Origin: Sphagnum compactum
Lineage: Eukaryota
Reading direction: 5' to 3'
Assembly (NCBI GenBank): GCA_965153455.1
Contig: OZ234493.1
Location: 31,300,213-31,364,212 of the forward strand
Length of the DNA: 64,000 nucleotides
Part shown: positions 39,500 to 52,153 of the stretch, one piece after another
Position numbering within the stretch: position 1 is the stretch's first letter
Layout: every line of letters begins with the position of its first letter
Translations under genes and position numbers: made by a program
Notes under the pieces: generated by a model
Seen by the model: the letters and a program-made list of their open reading frames with translations, nothing else
The model's database searches: none
What the model was told of the DNA's origin: nothing

Positions 39500-40055
39500 G
39501 GGTACTCCTCACTCAGGAGCCTTGCAAATGAAAAGCTCGACACTTGTTCTCTATCTCTCTTCTAATCTAACTCCCATTCTCTCTTACAAGTTAGAAGCAG
39601 CAAAGGATCTCCTGCCGGTATGGTCTTCTTGTGGATAGAGATTGGGCAAAGACTGTGATAGGATCTCTGCAATTCTTAATTGTGCACTACTTTTCCCAAA
39701 AGCGTCGGAGCTGAGAGAGAGACGAACAGGAAGTGAAAAAAAAGGCCAGAGAAAAGGCCTATACAAAAGAAGTGCCAGCAACGGCGCCTGCGTCCATCCT
39801 GTGTTCCGTCACGACGGAGGACTTGCTCGTTTGTTCTCCTCTCCTCTCTCGTCTTCTCTCTCTCGCGGCAGAGCGATTCGTTCCTGGCTGCTTTTCACCT
39901 TATCACTCTCGCGCGCGCGAGAGAGAGAGAGAGAGACGATGCCACTTGGGAACGCGCGTTCCTCTTGCGTTCAAACATGGTTGAAAGCGGAGAGTGGAGA
40001 GAAATGCCAACTGCCGACCACGGGTTCCCATTGCGTTCACCAAAAGGGTATGCAC

Positions 40056-40330
40056 CAGTGTTGGCCGGATATTGAGTTTCGACCCCGTTATCAACCCGGA
40101 TCCAGTTCCGGGTACGAATATCCTTGCCTGTCGGATCCGGCCAGTTTCAGGTGTTGGCCGCATATTTAGTATCTACTCGGTTATCATCCCGGACCCAGTT
40201 CTGGATATGAAATACCCCGCCGGGTTGGACCCGGGTATTTTCAGTACCCAAGCAAAAACCCACCCAACTCAGTATCAGAAATTCTAATACCCACATATAC
40301 CCTATTGGCCCGGCAATACGTGGGCAAAAA
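40056..40330. mobile_element. hAT-like element end with GC-rich subterminal motifs
   Basis: Begins CAGTGTTGG, like the 18183 TIR, followed by repeated cccgg/ccgga/gggtat motifs. The partner end was not found. Confidence 0.55.
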
Positions 40331-41664
40331 ACGAACCTCAATTCTAGTAGGGATAACTAAAATTCACCTCGATCAGTCATTCATCCAACTTTCATCCATA
40401 TGCAATTTTCATCCATTCTTCATCTTAGCTTTTCCATCTATTAGGGTTCCCAAAATTTGCAAACCTTAAATCATTTTTAAACCTTCTCTTTTTCCTTAAA
40501 TTTTATTTTTTTTACCTATAGTTTTTTTAAGGTTGAAACTCTTTATAATTTTAAATTACAATACCTGATAAATTAATTTTCCAACATATTGAAAGTACAT
40601 TTAGAAGTTTTGAATTCAAATTTCATGTTTGTTTTTTTAACCATTTTGATGAATAATGTGGATTCGAAACCATCTTAATGGAATGGAAATCCATGAAAAT
40701 TCATGGAATCTTACAATGAATTAAGGTTCATCCCAAAATATCATCTAGAACTATATATGTCATCCATGAAATGTAATTCATTCAATTTTATATTTTTTGC
40801 ATGGAAACTCAATTCTTTTGGAGGAGAACATTTGGTAGTTTTTTTCAATTTCTTTTGTCTAACAACATAAAATGCTTGGGCCTTTTATTTTTTATGTGTT
40901 TTTTATTGTCACGATTACATATGTTCTAGTCTTACTATGTGGTCCTTGTTTTGTTTTGATTGTGTTTTTAATGTTTGTTTTGTTACAAGTGATGTGTTTA
41001 AGATATTGTAGGTTCTTCCATGGAGTTTGTTGACATTTCGTTGATTTTTTAATTTTGATGAGCCAATAATTTGAAAATGCCAAAGTTAGTAGGGATTCTA
41101 AAACCTTTATGGATGGCAATTTGGCTTGTATAGTATTTCTAACCTTTATGAAGGCCTCTTCAATTCTTTCCTTGCCAAGGATATTTTGGACCCTTGCCAA
41201 TATGGTGATTATGCAGAGGAAAAACTTGCTCTTGAGGTTTAAATAGTTGATTGACTTTTAGATAAATGTGTTAAGTTCAAACTTGCAAACATGGTGGTCT
41301 TTCAAAAAAATATTTAAGTTGCCATGGGTAAAAATGGATACAATTGTGGAACATCAACTATTATATGAAGTCAAAGAATATGAAGCAAACCAACAAGGTT
41401 TATGAAACTATGAGCGCCCATGTTTATGTTGCCATGGGCCAAATGACTTCAATCACAACACAATTAAAAAAACACTAGAAACAACATGGTCAAGATCCTT
41501 ATTTCACATGGCCAATGGTGGTACAAACTTTAAACATGAACATCTTGATATCCCATTGATTGCATCGAGTGTGGACAAAATGCTTTTGTGATGACCAGCA
41601 ATTATTTTCATTTGTTTCACCCCTGGATGGAGAACATCCATTTGGTCCCATTTATTATTACGTT

Positions 41665-42760
41665 CATTATAAAAAATCATGGTTTATTTGATTAGAAAAT
41701 TAAACAAAAAACCAATCATTTTGACAGATGATCAATTTGACCACTTGGTCATATTGGTCAAGCCAATTTGAACACGTTCAACTTGACGAATGGTTTTTTA
41801 CTGATTATAAGATGATCATTTTGACTTGTCAAATTGGACAAAAATATTAGATAACAAAAAATAATTAATTAAAAAATAGCCCAATTTTTAAATAATAAAC
41901 ATTTAATTAATTAATGAATAATAAATACTTACTTACCTACCCACCATAGCCTCCTACCTACCTATACACAACTCACCTAAGTACTATGCATTTACACACA
42001 TGTACAAAGTGTATATATGAATATGCATACTCCACATAATATATGTTGGTAAAACGGATTGAACCTTGGTATTTTTAACTCCACACCAATGTCTTGGCCA
42101 TCACACCACTTTGTAAAACAATGCGATACCAAATGCATTTAACATGTTTCTTTGAACTTCAATGAATTTTTTTGTCAATGTATATAATAACATTTAAACT
42201 TTTTTTCATAAATAGGTAAATAGGTATTTAACTAAGTAGATAGGTAGGTAAATAGGTAGACATATATAGGTATGTAAGTAAATAAATAAGTAGGTAAATG
42301 ATATATAGGCAAATAAATAGGTAAGTAGGTAAGTAGATAAATAAATAACTAGATAGGTAGAAAAGTAGATGTTAGGTAGGTAAGTAAATAGGCAATAGGT
42401 AGGTAGGACATAAGTAGCTATATGCCAAGTAAGTAGGTAGGTAGGTAGGTTAGTAGGCATAACAAGTAGGCTATTTAACCAAATTAATATGGCCAATTTG
42501 ACTAAGCATGACCATTTAATATGGCTGATTGATTTGAATAAACCATGGGCATTTTGATGGACCATTTAAAAAATTTGTTCTTCTTGACTAGATGTACAAC
42601 TTAACATTTGGTCAAAATGGTCATTTCAATCAATAAAATCAATAAAAAAAACCATGTATTTTTCATGCCCCATGTTTTTAGTCAAAGTAAACATCTTTTT
42701 GATCAATGAAATCACTTTAATCAAGTTGAACCTTTTGAAAAATTGTGATTTCCTATAATG
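41665..42760. mobile_element. Nested non-autonomous CACTA-like element with (TAGG)n-rich core
   Basis: Degenerate ends CATTATAAAAAATCATGG ... GTGATTTCCTATAATG, flanks gtt/att, tagtcaa/ttgac subterminal motifs. Architecture resembles 46905-48785. Confidence 0.6.
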
Positions 42761-43262
42761 ATTAGAATTGGAATGTAACAACTAATTGGTTAGTGTTATG
42801 TTCTAATTAATTTGGATGTATAGATGCAGATAACTTGCATAATTACTTACATGGCACAATAATGGTTTTAGATCAAATGGGTTAATTATAAATGTGCCAA
42901 ATTCTAAAGCTTAAAAACACATTGACAAAAAATGGTTAAAGTTGTTTACTTATGCATAAAATCTTAACTTAAAATTTGCACTTGATAAGGTAAAACCATT
43001 TGGGAACCTTTTTTCATGCCATTTTACCTAGGTAGTTGTTTTGTTTAATTATAATCTACCTCCTTCGTTGGTAATTGAAAGGTATTTTTTATGTTGGCAT
43101 TGTTCATCCCCAACAAAGAATTGTGCACATTTGTTAATGTTGATGTGTATATATTTGAAATTATCTCTAATCGAAGAATTGGAGGTATTGCGAAAAGGTG
43201 TGGAAATGTTTGATGCATACTTGGGTGCAAAATTCAACTTGAAAGCCATGTGTATGTGGAAC

Positions 43263-43415
43263 CACTACAACAAAAGGTGTCCATGTGTGTTAAATGGTTT
43301 CATTAGATTTTGAATGAATTCATTGGTCCTAATAAATGGGGACTAGTTGGAAAGTAGTGAATTCACTTATATAGTGAATAAGGACTAATGAACTACACCC
43401 ACATTTTTAGTAATG
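43263..43415. mobile_element. 153-bp mini-CACTA with 3-bp TSD AAC
   Basis: CACTACAACAAAA ... TTTTTAGTAATG with AAC on both sides. Removing the insert restores the transposase motif MCMWNIHDFPPYG. Confidence 0.85.
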
Positions 43416-43542
43416 AACATACATGATTTCCCACCATATGGTTTGTTTGCAAGTTGTGTGACCAAAAGGTGTGTGGGTTAACACACCTTAGGGCCAACTA
43501 CAAAATCACAATTTGTCCAAAAAATAAATAAAATGGTCTATT

Positions 43543-44922
43543 CATTACACTAATATGCATTCGAATTCACTTTATGTTTCATTAAATTTTGAATGAAATT
43601 GGACAAATTTACCATGGTGAAAATGGACAACCCTTTAATAAATAGGGAAAGTTTATTACGAACAAGTGAATTCATTAATAACTATTGACTTCACCAATAG
43701 TTAATCAAATTCATTAATATTTAAATCATTAATAATATATTCAGTTGTAATTAAATCATCATTAATAAATTCAATAATAATTAATTTGAACCTAAGTTAA
43801 ACACCTAAAAACTTAGCCCACCAACCTGCAAATGTGAAGGTTTGAACCATTCACCTCCTTTCACCATGTTTAAAGAACAAATTTTTATCCATTGAATCAT
43901 TATTTAAATAAATGACATTTTTTTGTCATCACATATTATTATGCACATTTTTTTTTACCTTAGGCAATTCTTGGCAAATCTAATATAAATTATTATATGT
44001 TATTTTATCATACACTATTGTTGGTTATTTTACATTATTTCACTATAAGTTATTATAGGTTATTGTTGGTTATTTTAGGTTATATTACCATAAGCTATTG
44101 GTGGTTATTTTATTGTAAGTTATTTTAAGCTATTCTAGACTAAATTACCATAAGCAATTGGTGGTTATTCTATTATAAATGATTATTGGCTATTCAATGT
44201 CATTTACCATAGGTTATTATTGGTTATTTTAGATTAATTTGTTGAAGATTATTTTTGGTTGTTCTAAGTTATTTTACTACAAGTTATTTTAAACTATTAT
44301 TGATATTATACCATATGCCATTTTTGGTTATTATAAGCTATTATTGGATATTTTAGATTATTTTACCTTACACCATTTATTTATTTTATATGTTTTTTTA
44401 CCTTTGGTCATTATATTTTGTTTCAAGTTATTTAAGTTGTTATACCTTGGGATTAAAAAACTAATAATAACATAAAATAAAATGACGTTGAATAGCCTAA
44501 GGTATAATTTATGGTTAGTTGAATAGTTTGGTTTAAAGTAATTTAAAGTAGAAAGCTTATAACAAGATAGAATATTGTAAAGTAAAATGACTTATAATAA
44601 TTTAAAGTATATAAGCAAGAGTATAATAATTTATAATAACTTAAGGTATAAATTAAAATAATTAAGGTAGCCTAAAATAACATAAGGTATATCATAAAAT
44701 AGCTTAGGACATTTAAAACAACATAAAAATAAACCAATTTACCATAGTAAATTATAATGGTGAGTTATATCAACTAGTAATGAAACATGATGTTTACATA
44801 GTGACCCTATAATGAAATAATTTTAATTAGGGTGAAATTACTAAAGTGTATTTAACCTATTCCATTTTTAAGGTCCCATAGTGATTTATGTTAATGAATT
44901 ACACCCCACTTTTGTACTAGTG
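43543..44922. mobile_element. Nested non-autonomous CACTA element with degenerate (TTA)-rich internal repeats
   Basis: CATTACAC ... GTACTAGTG with flanks att/act. Its 3' end (taatgaattacaccccacttt) matches the mini-CACTA end. Removal rejoins KMVY...Y.P..HPY-like transposase sequence. Confidence 0.7.
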
Positions 44923-46904
44923 ACTATGGGACTTGTAGGTACATACCAAGGGGCCATCCATATGAATGGGTTCAAATGTTATTTGATGGGGCCAAAAAAA
45001 TTAAAACTACACCTATTTAAATGTTTACAACATATATAATTGAACAAACATCTAAGCAAGAAAAATGGTTAATAATCCCTAAAACCAAGCTAGTGGGAAG
45101 CATGGAATCAAGTAGAAACACATCATGTTTGAGCTTCCATATTGGTAGGTAAATGTTGATTTTTTTATTCAATGGATTGGTTACATCCTAATAATGTCAC
45201 ATTGATAACTTAGTAAAATGTTAATGCATTCCAAATATGTAACAAACGTTTATGTTTAGTTTGTTATTGTTGGTAGGAATTGTTCCACAAAATACATTGG
45301 ATGTATGCGAAAAAAACTTGTGCAAAAATGTTCTGAAAACAATATTTGGTTCCAAAGACATGTTGATAGTTTTGGAAGATCTAAAAAATTGTGGAATATG
45401 TGGCATTTGTGGTTCCAAGCCACATCTTGCGAGTTCATTAAACTACCAACTTTTTATTTATTGTCAAATAAATAAAGGACAAGTTTTTACAAATTATTAA
45501 GAACTTAAAAATTCTTATAAGTTATGTATCATCTTTGAAGAATAAAGTATAGTTAGATGGGGAAATGAGAAGAATCAAATCACATGACTATCATGTCATG
45601 ATGCAAGATATTTTACTTTTGTGCATGTTACATTTTATGGCGAAGGGTTGTAGGGTAGCCATTATTTGCATGTGCCATGTTTATAAAAAATTGTGTGCAA
45701 AGGTTATGGACCTAGCAACGATGGGGGAAAAAAATGGTGTGCAATGACACTAATTTACTAGAGCAAGAATTCCCTTCCTCTTTCTTTGACATTATGATGC
45801 ATTATTGGTTCATTTGGTGGAGGAATTGGTAATATGTAGTATAATACAAACAAGATGGATGTGTCTTATCAAACATTACCTAAAAACGTTGAAAGAATAT
45901 GTCGACAACAAAGCCAAACTTGAAGGAAGCATGGTGAGGCTATGCATTCGAGGAGGCATTAGGGTCTTGCACTAAATACTTGCAGTATTTTACAACCACC
46001 ACACATAGAATGTGGGATAAGAAAGAGGACCCATCAATGTACAATGAGGTGTTTGAAGGAGTTGGGCGCCCATGAGTCATGAATGCAAATTTGCAGGACA
46101 TAACACATTCATTTGCATTTCAAACTACAAAGATAATGGCCCCAGGGCATAGTCAATGTTCATTTTTTTTGGAATTTGATGTCATTTACATGTTCATGTG
46201 TCACTTTGGCATTACAAAAATTTTGTTTCAATTGTAGCTTGGCCTTTTTTCATTGTGAGATAACTTTACAAATTTTTTTTAAACATCTGATTTGTGAGAG
46301 GACATACAACACAAAAGTTGGAATACAAACTCAAGCAAGGAATAATTCTTATATAGTTTGGGTTGATCACATTCAAGGGTTCATGCATTCCCATATACCT
46401 CAAGGAATTAGATGATGTTTTCCCCATTTGGATAAGGATTGTTATTGCTTCAATTATTAAGGAGGGGGAAACATTGATAAATACATGTTACACATGTCCA
46501 TGCCATCAACATTAAACATTAGGTCATATTGAGCAATGCATGTTTTTGACAATCACATTCGTGTGTCAAGTGCCAAGTGTCAAGAGCATTTAACAACATT
46601 TGACAATGGTGTGGCAACAACTTTTGACCATGAATGTGGGTCAACACCAAATGTTCAATGACCTATTCTTCCAAAATTAGGGTATGTGGGGTGGGTTGAG
46701 GAAATATTGGAATTAAACTATGGAATCTTGAAAATTGTTGTTTTATTATGTAATTGGTTGAAAGAAAATTACAATAGGAATATCAAAAGAATCAAATTAA
46801 ATGAGATGAATATGGGTTTACATTCATAAAATTTTACTTCATTCATCTTAATTTCAAACTAATTTTTTCTTTCCCATGACATGTAAAACAAGTTTTCTTT
46901 CAAA

Positions 46905-48785
46905 CACTACTATAAATCATGGTTTTTTAAGAGGTTCAAATTGACTAACTTGTCATTTTTTACTAATGGACATGTGTATTTAACTAAAGGCTAGAGGTTT
47001 GAATGACACATGTATTTATTGACTAATCAACTTGACTATAACGGTTTATTTGACTAGATACACATAGTTAAATTGTACAACCTTAGTCAAAATGGCCAAT
47101 GGTCTTTGATCAAGTTGAATAATTAATCAAGATGACCAATGGTCTTTAGTCAAGTTGAACATTTAATCAAGATAACTAATGATCTTTAATCAAATATGAC
47201 ATGGTTTACTACCTTATATATTTAGTTCCTACTTATTCATCCACCTATTTATTTAACTAGTTACTTAACTACCTACCCATCTACTTATACCTTCTCACTT
47301 ACTTACCTACATACCTACCCACTTACTTACATGTTATCTACTTACCTATCCAGCCACTTATATACTTAATTTTAGTCACTATGTGTAACCATTAGGTTTA
47401 GCCACTAAATTTAACCATTAAATTTAGCCATGAAGTATAAATTAAGTTTAACCACTATGTATAACCTAAGTTTAACCACTATGTTTAGCCATGAAATTTA
47501 GCCATTACTTTAAGTCATTAAGTTTAACAACTAAATTTAGCCATTTTGTTTAACCATTATTTTAATTCACCAAGTTTAGCCACTAGATTTAACCATTAAG
47601 TTTAACCATTACTTTAAGTCACTAAGTTTAGCCATTATGTTTAACCATTACTTTAAGTCATTAAGTTTAGCCATTATGTTTAGCCATTACTATAAGTCAC
47701 TAAGTTTAGCCATTATGTTTAGCCAGTATTTTAAGTCACTAAGTTTAGCCATTATGTGTAGCCATTACTATAAGTCACTAAGTTTAGCCATTATGTTTAG
47801 CCAGTATTTTAAGTCACTAAGTTTAGCCATTATGTTTAGCCATTACTATAAGTCACTAAGTTTAGCCATTATGTTTAGCCATTACTATAAGTCATTAAGT
47901 TTAGCCACTAAGTTTAGCCATTATGTTTAGCCATTACTATAAGTCATTAAGTTTAACCACTAAGTTTAGCCATTATGTTTAGCCATTATGTAAGTCATTA
48001 AGTTTCGCCATTATGTTTAACCATTATGTAAGTCACTAAGTTTAGCCATTACTATAAGTCACTAAGTTTAGCCATTATGTTTAGCCATTATTTTAAGTCA
48101 CTAAGTTTAGCCATTAGGTTTAACCATTATTTAAGTCACTAAGTTTAGTCATTAAATTTAGGCATTATTTTAGGTCATTAAGTTTAAACATTAGTTTTAG
48201 CCACTAGCTGTCACCTAGGTTTTGCCATTATGTTTAATGATGTGAAACAAACATATGAAATAAAAAATTTAATAAAAGTTTAACACCTTTGATGGTGTAG
48301 TCCATTGGTAAGGACTCGGTTTATCATTGTGAAGGTTTAGGGTTCAATTCCTTATACTTACAACTTATCTGCATGTTTAGAGGGCTAGGGTAAGTAGGTT
48401 AAATTAAAGTAGTTTAATGAAGTTAGGTTAGGTTGGCTAGGTTAGGTTAGGTTAGCACCTACCTATTTAATGCCTTTTTTCGACCTACTTAAACCTATTT
48501 ACTACCTACCTACCTATTAATTCGTTAAATAATAATCTAGAAAATGATTTTTAAATTAGGTATAAAATTGACCTAGTCAAATGGTCCAATGTTTACTAGT
48601 CAAATAGTCAATCACTCTGTTAGTCAAAATGACAAGATATAGTTAGTTAAAAAGGCCACTGGTCAAAAGAAACATTGTCGAAATTGATTTGTCCAAAATG
48701 GCACCTTGGTCAAGTCGACTAGTGTCACTTTTGGGTCCTTTTCAACCAATTTCCCTAATAAAAAAGACCATGATTTGTAGTAGTG
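46905..48785. mobile_element. Nested non-autonomous CACTA element
   Basis: TIRs CACTACTATAAATCATGG / CCATGATTTGTAGTAGTG (17/18), flanks aaa/taa. It splits QVFF...DPKE of the DUF4216-like region. Confidence 0.88.
47380..48235. repeat. Minisatellite, ~39-bp unit built from ~13-bp subunits (aagtttagccattatgtttagccattactataagtcact)
   Basis: Near-perfect copies at 47620-48120 with degenerate edges. It accounts for the repetitive ORF 47637-47930. Confidence 0.95.
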
Positions 48786-51700
48786 TAAAGACCCAAAGGA
48801 AATTAAAGAGGTTAGAAAATAGTTTTATGTAAAACATCCATGTGGGAAAAACATCATAAACATGGTTCAAACTAACTCTATGGATTTTGATATGTTCAAA
48901 CTTGAAAATGTCGATGAGTACATTAGTCTAAAAGCTTCTATTTTTATTGATGAATTGGTTCAACCAACCATTGTTGCAGGGGGATCTATTGTCATTATTG
49001 TTGTTCATGTGGTTGTAGATGCCCCTAATGGAAGGGTAGATAATGAAAATGACAATTTGGAAGAATTTGACACAAAATACGATAATGAGAACTAGAAGAT
49101 TTGATTCAGGTAAAAATTTCCAACATATTGGAATTAGGTATTGTTATTTCTCCACTATGCAATTTAGTGCTATAATAGACCATTGCGTCTAATAAAAATG
49201 ATAAGTGATGTTAAAGGAAAGTATGATGAAGCTAGGATTGTCAAGGTTCTAGTGAGGTTATGGGTGAATGCATATTTAGGTCTCAATAGAGATGACCTTG
49301 GGGTTTGTGTTTGAAATGGAGTTGTTGAATATGGGTTGTTTAGGGTATGTGTTGGATGGAATGAAAACTTGGGTGGATGTGGAATTTGGCATTTTTATGG
49401 TTGTTGTGGAATGTGTATGGTGTAAAATATCTCATTTTCTCAAATGTACTTGTGTATTAAAGATAGTTGAACAATTAATTATGTGAAGCGTTAGTTCAAG
49501 CTATTCAAGTTTTTTGGGTTTTCAATTTTTGGTTATAGGGTGAAAGCATAAAATCTACAAAAAACAATTTATCCCAAGGCAATAAAAAATGGGTTAGATT
49601 TGACACAAAATGAAGAAAGTAGATTGAAAATAATTTAAAATAATATAATAAAAGATGGTGCTTTTCTTTGAGTTTATAATGAGGTGATTACAAAATTTGA
49701 GAAACGTTGGCACCATAAGAATAGGTAACAAGTATGTTTGAAAATGATTGGTCAAATTGAATTTAAACCTACTTTTCCATTAGAAATTTGATATATTCTA
49801 CTATAATATTTAAACATTGTGAACTTGCACGTACATTTTAAAATTACATCGTGTTGAAAATGTAGAATATTCAATAATTCATTTACTTTCACCTACTTGT
49901 ACAAATTTGGGCAACCAAAAAAAGTAGAAAAGGATAAATTATTTTTAAAAAATCAATTTGAATGCATATTAGATATGTGATTAATCAACATCATTGTGAT
50001 AAAATTAAAAGTTATCCTCATGTTGATCATTAAAAAAAAAACATTTCTACTTTCAATACATTAAAATTTGTTTATGGCTGTTTGTTTTTTTTAGTGACAA
50101 GGATCAAATTGTTTACTTTACCATGCTTTCACCTTACATGTATTAAAAAGGTGATTTTAGTAATTGAGGTGGGAAATTGAAATACAAAATTCTTTCATTA
50201 TACTGAGATATTAACATTGTTAAGTTGGGTGTGGTAAATGTTATGTGAAAGTTTCAAGAGTCAAATTTTTTTTGTTTTATAATTAGATCATACTACTTTC
50301 ATGAACATGAAAAAAATGAAAATTTCAAATATACACTTAGCACATCATGTATCAAAAGTAACATTTGCATTGACCTAAATCTAGCACATGTAACATATTG
50401 GACTGAACATTGCAATGGGAATGACTATAATTGCATTGCCACCATGAAGGAATTTGGAGTGATCAAAATTAGTCACACTATTATGTGCACTACCACCATG
50501 TAAGCATCGTTTAGTCCATGTTTAAATGACAATGTCTAATACGACTGGAAATGTATACACAACTAGTCATATCAGACACACCTATTTAGGGGGGGCGGCG
50601 GGGGAGGAGTAAGTAAACAAAAAGTACCCATATATGTCATTTTGGACAAAATCACTCAATCACATAATATGTCATTGTAGTCATAATATTGGGGTGAAAA
50701 AGACATGGTTTTGTTGTAGTGTACCAACAAAACTAATAGGGGTATTGTTATCTTGCACATGGTAGATGCATTGGTCTTGGTGGAGTACGAGATGAAGGTT
50801 TTTGGACATCACAATTTAAAAAGCTATGCAAAGTGAATATTATTTTTGTTATTTTTTTAATCTTTTCTTTTCTTCACTTTAAAATTTCTAATTTGTTTCA
50901 TCGTTGTAAATATGATCAAACAAATCAAGGGATTAGAAATCAAGCTATGCAACAAAATATATAAGGTGAAATCAATGGAATTCATTCATTATCCTTTGAA
51001 GAAGCCTTGATTCAAGAGCACTAAATGTTAAAAAAGATAAAGCTAAACGTAATTTTTTATACTCATGGTTTATGTTTGTATGTTTGAAATGTCTTCATTT
51101 GTTCACTGTTTTTTTTGTTTAGTTTTTAGATTATGATTTTAGTGACCTTATGATTTAACATGAATATGAACTTTTGATCATTTTTTTAAAAAAAATTGTT
51201 ATTTATGATGTAAGCTAGTGATGCATGTGCTTTAACTTTTGTGCTTCCAATCTTGGAGGAGCCATCAAACAAGGAAAATGTGTTGCTAGAATTGCAAATG
51301 TTTGAATCATCAAAGTCTACAATTATATGTTCTAAGAAATTTGCAACTCAATTATGTTACGAATAGGATTTGGAATTTAAGGATTTTGTGAAGGGATTTG
51401 CTTCTTTGAGAGATATAATGGTAAATATGAAAAAAGGTCTTACAATTGTCACTAATGCAAAAGGTCATCATTTTTCAAATATGGCAAACCACAATATAAC
51501 CCTCACAATTTCAAATCCAATTGTTGTTGTAAGTCTCTTTCACAAACATGCAAACAACTACAACTAAATGATGATATTTGAGTTGATGTTTTGTGTCCTT
51601 AGTTTTAGTTACATTCAAATACATTTACATTTTGATTCATTTATATTTTGATACAATACATTAAATTTATGATACATCATTCATATCACAATTTTGATAC

Positions 51701-52132
51701 ACACTAACAAATTTTATAGACTTTGTGATACATTTTCATACATTTGTTAAGGTATTATGAATTCAATTGTCGTTGTTTTGTACTCAATAAAATTGTCATG
51801 GTGATTTTCTTTCAATTTGCATTATGTAGTTTCATTTTTGTTAATGTTTGTTTGTCTTCCAAATTCTTTTTGCTTGAAATTGATAGTGTAACAAAAGTTG
51901 AAACAAAACTTCAAAATTTAATAGAAGTAAAAATTAAAGAGAAATAAAATTAAAACAAAAGTGAAAAATGTATAGACAAAAAGTAAATTTTGAAACAAAA
52001 GAAAAAACTAAATAAATAGTAAAAATGAAAAAAAAAAAATCGAAAGTGAAAATGAAATGCTGAAAAAAATCTATATATATTTTATTTTACTGGGCACCTG
52101 GTGCACTGATCTTTTTAATTTCCTCTTGTTAT

Positions 52133-52153
52133 AAACCCTAAACCCTAAACCCA
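52133..52153 (+). repeat. Short plant-telomere-like / telo-box run (AAACCCT)n at the edge of the TE island
   Basis: aaaccctaaaccctaaaccc, directly visible. Confidence 0.7.

Larger units (their letters stand above)
41300..49100 (+). mobile_element. Decayed CACTA (En/Spm) transposase gene interrupted by nested insertions
   Basis: Tnp2/Transposase_21 remnants: NYNLPP...LIEELEVLRKGVEMFDAY...FNLKAMCMW|NIHDFPPYG (43050-43445). DUF4218-like remnants: KSHDYHVMMQ, FPSSFFDIMMH..VHLVEE, TRWM..LKTLKEYV.NKA..EGSM (45570-45940). DUF4216-like remnants: YVGWVEEILELNY and DEYGFT (46680-46900). Confidence 0.9.

Noticed and set aside
39642..40287. ORFs of 175/97/86 aa upstream of ISE2
   Set aside because: They span the 5' UTR/promoter, a (GA)n tract and a TE end, and show no recognisable domain.
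42206..42565. YLPTYL-rich 119-aa ORF
   Set aside because: Translation of (TAGG/TAAG)n simple repeats.
47637..47930. Repetitive 97-aa ORF (MFSHYYKSLSLAI)n
   Set aside because: By-product of a 39-bp minisatellite inside a transposon.
48293..48360. Functional tRNA gene
   Set aside because: No intact acceptor or anticodon stems could be folded by eye; kept only as a tRNA-like motif.
40371..52111. GATCAGT...ACTGATC as TIRs bounding the whole TE island
   Set aside because: Only a 7-bp match and no target-site duplication.
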